DNA of 64,000 nt, taken from IMG/VR virus record IMGVR_UViG_2974496990_000001, positions 47,606 through 111,605 of that record; one strand, 5' to 3'. Below the pieces are notes generated by a model. That model made no database searches. It worked only from the letters and a program-made list of their open reading frames with translations, and was not told where the DNA came from. Both the position numbers and the translations under genes were made by a program. This DNA is from a virus. Positions 26,151-32,093 of this stretch are shown here, piece after piece (the first letter of the stretch is position 1; every line of letters begins with the position of its first letter).

Positions 26151-26179
26151 ATAATAACACAACCACCGGAGAAGTAAAC
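26151..26179 (-). promoter_or_regulatory. Early promoter
   Basis: GTTTAC...TATTAT. Confidence 0.8.
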
Positions 26180-26186
26180 ACTTTTA

Positions 26187-26573
26187 TCAATTTTTAATTC
26201 GGCAGATACGCCGGGCTTCATCTTCGGCTAAGTCAATGATGCTACGCAGAACTGGAGTCTTTTGATAAAGGTCTGCAACACGAAGTACAACATGTTTAGT
26301 CTTACCATCATCATGCCAACCCCATGACTTTTCACCATGAGAACCTTTGATTACAGCAGACACTTCAACAGAGCATCCGTTATCAGCAATCTTAGTTTCA
26401 ACAGTCCAGATGCCACGGGCAATTGCTTCAGCCTTACGACGGTTTTCAATAGCCATTTCTTCGGCCCAGTTAGTCTTTTGGAAACCTAAATGCATATTCT
26501 GTGCAAAATGGTCTGCTGCAGCTTTTTGTTCTGGGGTCAACTTTTCATAAATCTTTTGCATATCGAGATTCAT
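26187..26573 (-). CDS. Hypothetical protein
   Basis: 128 aa, ATGA overlap. Confidence 0.75.
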   Translation of the reverse strand: MNLDMQKIYEKLTPEQKAAADHFAQNMHLGFQKTNWAEEMAIENRRKAEAIARGIWTVETKIADNGCSVEVSAVIKGSHGEKSWGWHDDGKTKHVVLRVADLYQKTPVLRSIIDLAEDEARRICRIKN

Positions 26574-26794
26574 TCCACTTCCTCGCTGTTTTTCATTGAC
26601 AGAGGTTCAGACAAAGCCATGAGTTCGTCAACTGTCAGGCATTCGGTATCATCAGTAATAGCGAAACGCTTCAGATAGAATGGATAATCCAGACAGTTAT
26701 GAGTCTGCGCAGTCAAAGGACTGATACGAATCAGTTGTTGACCATTATGCATTACAAAGTTTTCGCCAACTTCAACATCTTTAAACAGTTTCAT
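26570..26794 (-). CDS. Hypothetical protein
   Basis: MKLFKDVEVGENF start, just after the upstream stop. Confidence 0.65.
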   Translation of the reverse strand: MKLFKDVEVGENFVMHNGQQLIRISPLTAQTHNCLDYPFYLKRFAITDDTECLTVDELMALSEPLSMKNSEEVE

Positions 26795-26795
26795 A

Positions 26796-27104
26796 TTAAT
26801 GTCCTTTGCCAAAGAAATAATCGGTCAGAGCAATTTCAACCGATTCATCGAGGAACACAAGTTCGTCATCAGCATCAAGCATATCAGGGGTATCTTCCAG
26901 AGCGGCTTCACCGTCACGAAGACCTTGAAGTGCTGCTGCCCATGCACCTTCGAAATCACCATCAGCCTGTCGAGCAATAAGATTTGCATGAGACATTACC
27001 CATGATGCCTGCCAATGTTCAGTTTTATCATCGAAGATTTTGAATGAAGGACATTCAAACATCTCGGCAGGATAGTTGTTAACACCGTTCAGATTACGAC
27101 GCAT
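26796..27104 (-). CDS. Acidic hypothetical protein
   Basis: 102 aa, GGAG SD. Confidence 0.75.
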   Translation of the reverse strand: MRRNLNGVNNYPAEMFECPSFKIFDDKTEHWQASWVMSHANLIARQADGDFEGAWAAALQGLRDGEAALEDTPDMLDADDELVFLDESVEIALTDYFFGKGH

Positions 27105-27134
27105 TTTGTTTCTCCAGTTCGTTAGTGTAGGAAC

Positions 27135-27164
27135 ATACTAACACGTCTTTTTATGGTTGTAAAC
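27135..27164 (-). promoter_or_regulatory. Early promoter
   Basis: GTTTACA-N17-TAGTAT. Confidence 0.8.
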
Positions 27165-27182
27165 ACCTGCCCCTAAATACCC

Positions 27183-27214
27183 GAAAGGGTCCCTCGGCAA
27201 AGAAGGACCCTTTC
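27183..27214 (-). terminator. Terminator at the end of the tRNA operon
   Basis: GAAAGGGTCC...GGACCCTTTC stem. Confidence 0.75.
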
Positions 27215-27298
27215 AAGTCGGCGCTGTACTTGGTCGCACCCAGAGGTAGCATTCGCCTTACGGTTTCACTTGCGATATCCACCGTCGTTCGTTTAAGT

Positions 27299-27429
27299 TG
27301 ATTTGTCATAGGGCTCGAACCTACACGCTTAGGTCTGTCGCACCGGCTTCCGCCTTACTCACCTGGGTACCAACCAGGGTTTCAAACAAGCTATTCCAGT
27401 CGTGTCTACCAAATTTCACCACACAAATC
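27299..27429 (-). ncRNA. tRNA-like stable RNA (RNA D / species 2-like)
   Basis: Acceptor stem GATTTGT/ACAAATC, D-arm GGTGAAATTTGGTAGACAC, T-arm GTAGG-TTCGAGC-CCTAT, enlarged centre; 131 nt. Confidence 0.7.
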
Positions 27430-27435
27430 ATAAAT

Positions 27436-27577
27436 TGTACGGAACGCCTGGATTCGAACCAGGTTACAGGGCAGTTGACGCTACACTGCATTTTGGATAA
27501 GGCCGTCAACGCATTTCCTCAACAGGAGCATCGTCAAATGCTTCATCCTGGAGAAAACTTGTCAAGTCCTCGAACCG
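27436..27577 (-). ncRNA. tRNA-like stable RNA (T4 RNA C / species 1-like)
   Basis: 5' CGGTTCGAGGA, internal GTAGCGTCAACT, 3' T-arm CCTGG-TTCGAAT-CCAGG; about 140 nt, like recalled T4 species 1 RNA. Confidence 0.75.
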
Positions 27578-27617
27578 ATAGTCAGCAATGCCTACTCAAA
27601 GAATAGGCATTAATAAC

Positions 27618-28034
27618 TTAGAAACCGAAACCTACACCGCCGCCATAAACAACTTCTTCGGAGGTAGCTGCTACAGAAACTTTAAATGCTGCTGGAGCAT
27701 CAGTTGGAGTGAAGTTCAGACCTGCTGCCAGGGCTTTTTCACCATCATAACCACCTACAGCAACACCAACAGAGAATTCGTGGCCGGGCACTGTAGGAAT
27801 ATTAGACATTGCTGCTACACCGGCAATACCAGCAGAAGCATGTTCTTGTGCTTTCTGAATTTTATGATCGGCGCGCTGATTAACATCACCAGTGATTACG
27901 CGATATTCGTCAGAGGCACGAATTTTTTCTTCTTTCTTAATTTGATCGATATCGATGTTAGGAATTTCGAATGCTGCCTGAGCAGTAAAAGAAGCACCAA
28001 CAATTGCGATAACAGCCAGAGTACGTTTCATCAT
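27618..28034 (-). CDS. YadA-like trimeric autotransporter anchor protein
   Basis: Signal peptide; SAGIAGVAAM..IP helix followed by four beta strands ending in Phe (GGGVGFGF). Confidence 0.85.
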   Translation of the reverse strand: MMKRTLAVIAIVGASFTAQAAFEIPNIDIDQIKKEEKIRASDEYRVITGDVNQRADHKIQKAQEHASAGIAGVAAMSNIPTVPGHEFSVGVAVGGYDGEKALAAGLNFTPTDAPAAFKVSVAATSEEVVYGGGVGFGF

Positions 28035-28072
28035 TTCATTTTACCTTTGTCATTGTTAACATTATATAGCCT

Positions 28073-28190
28073 CCGGGTCCAGAGAGTACAAACAAGTAGC
28101 TTGATGTAGAACACATGAAATATGTGGGAACAACGTCGCTTCGATTCCCGGCATTTACTTATGGAATCTCCCAATACTCATCTCTCTGAA
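28073..28190 (-). ncRNA. Candidate structured RNA 3' of tRNA-Asp
   Basis: Closing stem CAGAGAG/CTCTCTG, inner GGGAA/TTCCC and CACAT/ATGTG, possible CCGGG/CCCGG pseudoknot. Confidence 0.4.
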
Positions 28191-28209
28191 CTGCCTCGTT
28201 ACTTGAATT

Positions 28210-28285
28210 TGGCGGACCTAACGAGATTCGAACTCGTGACGCTCCCGTGACAGGGGAGTATTTTAACCGCTGAAACTATAGGTCC
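28210..28285 (-). tRNA. tRNA-Asp(GTC)
   Basis: Full cloverleaf, anticodon GTC, encoded CCA. Confidence 0.95.
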
Positions 28286-28456
28286 GGATTGCGCCCATCT
28301 TGTTGTGGTATTAGGCCATACCTTTCGGCTGGGTACTTCCAGGGAACAGAGCTTGGACGACTTAAGGGTGTACATCCATCTGGGCTTAGAGTCGTCTTAC
28401 AGACACGAGTATTATTCCAACTCTACCACATCACCAGCTTGGTCCCTCTTGTTTTC
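28286..28456 (-). ncRNA. Candidate pseudoknotted RNA between tRNAs
   Basis: Stems GACGAC/GTCGTC, AGGGAC/GTTCCCT and crossing TGTGGTA/TACCACA. Confidence 0.5.
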
Positions 28457-28505
28457 TGGCAGGCGCTTGAGGAATCCACCGCTCTACCAACTGAGCTAAG
28501 CACCT
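28457..28505 (-). pseudogene. tRNA with a 27-nt internal deletion (probably derived from tRNA-Trp)
   Basis: AGGTGCT acceptor, intact D-arm, GTGGATT-CCTC, AGCGCCT-G-CCA; 49 nt; anticodon 3' arm and most of the T-arm missing. Confidence 0.75.
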
Positions 28506-28508
28506 AAT

Positions 28509-28584
28509 TGGGGTGACCTATGGGACTTGAACCCATGACTACAAGAATCACAATCTTGAATTCTACCAACTGAATTAAGGCCAC
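28509..28584 (-). tRNA. tRNA-His(GTG)
   Basis: Cloverleaf, anticodon GTG, C73, CCA. Confidence 0.93.
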
Positions 28585-28617
28585 AGCAATGTTCACTCAA
28601 ATGAACGAACATTAATC

Positions 28618-28693
28618 TGGCGGATGTGCACGGATTCGAACCGCGGACCAATCACTTAACGGGCGACCGCTCTACCAACTGAGCTACACATCC
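28618..28693 (-). tRNA. tRNA-Asn(GTT)
   Basis: Cloverleaf, loop CC-GTT-AA, CCA. Confidence 0.9.
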
Positions 28694-28694
28694 T

Positions 28695-29222
28695 TTATCT
28701 TGCAGATTTTATTTTGTTTTCTTTAAATAGGTCGATAATAGAGTTAACATCGCCTTTAATCCACTCACCATCAGCATTTAAAGCTTTATGGAAAGAAAAC
28801 TCTTCTTCAAAACGTTTATCACTGAAATAGTAACATTCTAATTTATAATCACGTAAAGGGCAGTAGGATTGATAAGTGTTCAACCTATCATAAACATCCA
28901 CTGTAGAACCTATTTTATACCATCCTTCAAAAGCAGGATTAGTTACGCAATAAATGAAACCTTCTTTAATACCTTTAGAAGAATTACCATTTCTGAAATA
29001 CTTTACACGCAACAACGATAACTTGGTGAAGTTCACTTGTCGTGAAATCAATTTATCAGACTTTCGTGAAGCAGTGTCTGTATACTGGAGCTTAAAATTA
29101 GGATGAATATATTTGAAATAAATGTATTTAGCGAACTCAGTATTTATATCAAAATCAATCCCACTAATACCTTCTTCATTAAGATAAGCACTATATTGAT
29201 TAATTATTTTGGCCTTATCCAT
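28695..29222 (-). CDS. GIY-YIG (T5orf172-type) homing endonuclease, SegB-like position
   Basis: GFIYCVTN...WYKIG...DRL...GEW; AT-rich; inserted between tRNAs. Confidence 0.8.
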   Translation of the reverse strand: MDKAKIINQYSAYLNEEGISGIDFDINTEFAKYIYFKYIHPNFKLQYTDTASRKSDKLISRQVNFTKLSLLRVKYFRNGNSSKGIKEGFIYCVTNPAFEGWYKIGSTVDVYDRLNTYQSYCPLRDYKLECYYFSDKRFEEEFSFHKALNADGEWIKGDVNSIIDLFKENKIKSAR

Positions 29223-29238
29223 ATTCTTCTCATAAATT

Positions 29239-29316
29239 TGGTAGGACGTGAGGGATTTGAACCCATCGACATCTCGATTAAAAGTCGAGTGCTCTAACCA
29301 GCTGAGCTAACGTCCT
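29239..29316 (-). tRNA. tRNA-Lys(TTT)
   Basis: Cloverleaf, anticodon TTT, CCA; one extra nt in the T-stem region. Confidence 0.92.
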
Positions 29317-29328
29317 TCTTAATTCTAT

Positions 29329-29565
29329 TTATTCAGTATATCTCTTAAACTGTAAAGCAAAATCTTCATCAACTTTAGTTAAGAAGTGTCCTGCCTTAAA
29401 TCGTTTAGAGCTACCTTCAACTTCTACACCGTATCCGTTCTTACCAAGGACTCGACCAACTCGCATTTCGCCAGGGTCGCCCATTGAATTACAACGAACA
29501 CCGTACAGAACAAAATCATTTTCGAATACCGGAGCATTTTTCCGGTCAGTAATTAATTCTATCAT
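29329..29565 (-). CDS. Small SH3/KOW-like hypothetical protein
   Basis: 78-aa ORF; start site uncertain because it overlaps the putative Pm. Confidence 0.6.
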   Translation of the reverse strand: MIELITDRKNAPVFENDFVLYGVRCNSMGDPGEMRVGRVLGKNGYGVEVEGSSKRFKAGHFLTKVDEDFALQFKRYTE

Positions 29566-29582
29566 ATTAACCTTAAAGCATA
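29556..29582 (-). promoter_or_regulatory. Putative middle promoter
   Basis: TATGCTTTA-N12-TAGAAT. Confidence 0.55.
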
Positions 29583-30028
29583 TTACGTTTTAAGTTTTCA
29601 CGAACTCGATAAAGATTTGAACAGAATTCCTGTTCAGTCAAAACAGTTTCGTTCTTTTTCGACTTACCCATCGAGTGAGTTAATGTAGCGTTCTGCGTAG
29701 CCAGGAGCGCTCTCTGGAACCCTTCATTCAAGGCTAATTGATTATATGCTCGTTCGATAAGAAGCGTATAGGCGTCACTCTGGCGTTGCATAGGCACACC
29801 TTTCCAGTATAATGTCTGGAGTCGCCACCAATTCTTTTTCTTACCTTTGAACTTAGCTTTCTTACCAACTAGAGTACAAACATGTTCCTGCATTTCTACT
29901 GAAGAAAATTTCAGTGATTGCAAAAAGCCTTCCATCGAAGCACATTGTACACCGTCAATTTCAAAAGCATGAGGTGCAAAGTTACTTAATGCAGATGAAG
30001 GATAACCTGCACCAGAACCGATGTCCAT
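29573..30028 (-). CDS. NADAR-family (gp30.3-like) ADP-ribosylhydrolase
   Basis: ALSNF..HAFEIDG...SMEGFLQSLK...LYWKG...THSMG...LTEQEF, similar to recalled T4 gp30.3. Confidence 0.8.
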   Translation of the reverse strand: MDIGSGAGYPSSALSNFAPHAFEIDGVQCASMEGFLQSLKFSSVEMQEHVCTLVGKKAKFKGKKKNWWRLQTLYWKGVPMQRQSDAYTLLIERAYNQLALNEGFQRALLATQNATLTHSMGKSKKNETVLTEQEFCSNLYRVRENLKRNML

Positions 30029-30249
30029 TATTCATATTCCTTTTCAAGAAGGAAATAGTAGATATCATCATGGTCGGTGATAACGTTTTCAAACCAATGC
30101 TCGCGTTCTTTTACAAGAGTCGGTCCTGAAGTCCAATTCCCACATACAAAATATTGCACGCCTTCACGGTCTTGGAAGAATACGGCTTCAGAATGTCCGC
30201 CGTCTTTCCATTCGATAATTGCATGTCCTAATGGATATTTTTTAATCAT
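30028..30249 (-). CDS. Hypothetical protein
   Basis: 73 aa, GAGG SD. Confidence 0.75.
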   Translation of the reverse strand: MIKKYPLGHAIIEWKDGGHSEAVFFQDREGVQYFVCGNWTSGPTLVKEREHWFENVITDHDDIYYFLLEKEYE

Positions 30250-30269
30250 ATTTTCCTCACATTAAAAGT

Positions 30270-30379
30270 TCACAGCGGGGTGGATTCGAACCACCAATAT
30301 TAAGTCACTCATACACCAAGCATGCTAGGGCACTTACCCCGGACGGAATCGAACCGCATCTACAATACCTATCGCCGTG
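30270..30379 (-). ncRNA. tRNA-mimic RNA with two T-loop hairpins
   Basis: Acceptor CACGGCG/CGCTGTG, terminal T-arm GGTGG-TTCGAAT-CCACC, internal GCGG-TTCGATT-CCGT; no anticodon arm. Confidence 0.6.
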
Positions 30380-30381
30380 TC

Positions 30382-30458
30382 TGGTGGCCCCATCCGGACT
30401 TGAACCGGAAACCTACCAGTTATGAGCCGGGCGCTCTAACCAATTGAGCTATAGGGCC
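30382..30458 (-). tRNA. tRNA with CAT anticodon (Met, or more likely Ile2)
   Basis: Cloverleaf, CAT anticodon, GGCCCT acceptor, A73, CCA. Confidence 0.9.
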
Positions 30459-30919
30459 TGAATAATTTGTTTACCACGTTTAAATCTGAATGTGCTTGTC
30501 TGTGAATGACAATTCGGACATAATATCCTCAAATTAGAATACAAATGGTTTTTAGAATTACCATCAATATGGTCTAATTCACACTCTATAGGCTTAGAAT
30601 TCCATTCAGAAATTCCGCATTCTTCACATTCGTTCTTTTTAAGACCTTCAGAATACAATCGCTTTTTAAGTTTATACGATTGATATTGTGGATGAAGACC
30701 TTTCAAAATTTCATCAAGAGGTATTGTCTGTTTTGAATACTCAGACTTATCTCTTTTTATACCAGTTCGTCCTTTATTAGGTCGGTATAACCCATAATGA
30801 ACGGCATGTTGTTTAAATGTTCGGTGGTGGCATCCTATTAAAGAACAAGCTGCAGCCATAGAACAAGTAGAGTTTATAGCATGCTCTATTTCTTCTTTAC
30901 TATAAGTTAGTGTTTTCAT
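30449..30919 (-). CDS. HNH homing endonuclease with N-terminal HTH
   Basis: CEECG...ELDHIDG...NLRILCPNCHS. Confidence 0.9.
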   Translation of the reverse strand: MKTLTYSKEEIEHAINSTCSMAAACSLIGCHHRTFKQHAVHYGLYRPNKGRTGIKRDKSEYSKQTIPLDEILKGLHPQYQSYKLKKRLYSEGLKKNECEECGISEWNSKPIECELDHIDGNSKNHLYSNLRILCPNCHSQTSTFRFKRGKQIIQAL

Positions 30920-30923
30920 AATT

Positions 30924-31012
30924 TGGTACGGGTGACGAGATTCGAACTCGTAAGAGCTTAAGCCCTATGGCATTTTAAGTGCCATGCGTACTGCCAATAC
31001 CGCCACACCCGC
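30924..31012 (-). tRNA. tRNA-Leu(TAA)
   Basis: Class II cloverleaf with long variable arm, anticodon TAA, CCA. Confidence 0.92.
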
Positions 31013-31022
31013 GTTCTATTTC

Positions 31023-31215
31023 GAAAGCTCTCACTGGATATAACCCACTTGATTATATCTCTTACGTTTGTCTCGACTTCACAGATCGCGTATTCCATTT
31101 GTCGTCTAGAGAACTTTCTGAATAGAGGCCTCAAATTTTTAGAGAGGGTATAGGATTAGCTAGGCTATCCTTGAGGCCAGATTGGAGTCATAACTCCAGG
31201 TAGTAATAATACTAC
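31023..31215 (-). ncRNA. Hairpin-rich leader of the tRNA array (one or two candidate RNAs)
   Basis: Five visible stems, no ORF. Confidence 0.4.
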
Positions 31216-31216
31216 A

Positions 31217-31519
31217 TTAACGTAAAAGCATATTAATGTAAGTGTGTTGAATTCGTTTCAATTTCAGCTTATTTTCAAAGATGTCATATTCACGAACCTG
31301 CTTACCATCTTCAGAAATAAAGAAGGAAAGGTTCACACTATTGAATTCCCAACGAATGTCTTTAAGATGCACATCCGTGGAGCTACGCCCAATATCAACA
31401 CGTTCGACTTCATATAAGTATTCAGAGCCATTCTGCTCAATATGGCGTTTTGAAGCTTCTTGGTCAGGCAGATAACCATTTTCAGGCTTAGTAATCTGAG
31501 CAAATAATTTAATCATCAA
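31217..31519 (-). CDS. Hypothetical protein (trna.2 position)
   Basis: 100-aa ORF. Confidence 0.7.
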   Translation of the reverse strand: MMIKLFAQITKPENGYLPDQEASKRHIEQNGSEYLYEVERVDIGRSSTDVHLKDIRWEFNSVNLSFFISEDGKQVREYDIFENKLKLKRIQHTYINMLLR

Positions 31520-31905
31520 TAGTAACCTTTATCAACAATAACATGAGTATTGGCATTAACAATCTGCCACCAATCAAACTTACCAGAGCCGTAGCGAGAT
31601 TTATTACGATTTGATTCAATTACTTCACGTAATTCATCTTCTGTTGCTGCTTTATGTTTCAGGTCTTCATATCCGCCAGAAGGATAATAGTTATCACCGG
31701 CAAATAAAAGGAAATTAACCTGTTTAGATTTGTGCATTTCAAGGTCGATTACATTGCCATCAGGCCCTACGATATCGACATAACTGTAAGGTGTATTTTG
31801 AGCAATGTCCACTGCTTCAAGCAGGGAATCAACACTCGTGCCTATTTGGCAATCCCACTTTGCAGAAGGATTTGCCGATGTATCACCATAAATTTTATAG
31901 CTCAT
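31516..31905 (-). CDS. Hypothetical protein (trna.3-like)
   Basis: FLLFAGDNYYPSGG...FDWWQI. Confidence 0.7.
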   Translation of the reverse strand: MSYKIYGDTSANPSAKWDCQIGTSVDSLLEAVDIAQNTPYSYVDIVGPDGNVIDLEMHKSKQVNFLLFAGDNYYPSGGYEDLKHKAATEDELREVIESNRNKSRYGSGKFDWWQIVNANTHVIVDKGYY

Positions 31906-32086
31906 CACAGGCCCCACTATAAATTGTCGTGAATGATGAATCCATTACTTCGTAACGGTCATAACAATCGGACGCGCCATTTTCTCTGGCGTACTCTAAA
32001 GCTTGTTCAGGCGAGTCAAAAGTATCGATAAGGTCTCGAGACCCACCATTAGGATAGTAACGAGACCACATGAATAATGCGTACAT
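31895..32086 (-). CDS. Hypothetical protein, paralogue of the trna.3 C-domain
   Basis: YALF...YYPNGG..DL; GAGG SD. Confidence 0.7.
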   Translation of the reverse strand: MYALFMWSRYYPNGGSRDLIDTFDSPEQALEYARENGASDCYDRYEVMDSSFTTIYSGACDEL

Positions 32087-32093
32087 ATTTTCC

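Noticed and set aside
27216-27295. HDV-like (theta) or hammerhead ribozyme behind a tRNA-like gene, suggested by GGCGAAUG and GAAA
   Set aside because: I could not build the nested P1/P2/P3 double pseudoknot or find CUGANGA
28286-28505. Group I intron in a tRNA-Arg(CCU) anticodon loop
   Set aside because: No P7 core motifs (GAGACUA, AUAGUCC), no terminal G and no 3' tRNA exon; the 5' piece closes on itself as a 49-nt deleted tRNA with its own CCA
28289-28507. Plus-strand ORFs 28289..28507 and 28305..28499
   Set aside because: Antisense to the tRNA operon, no SD, and they overlap structured RNA
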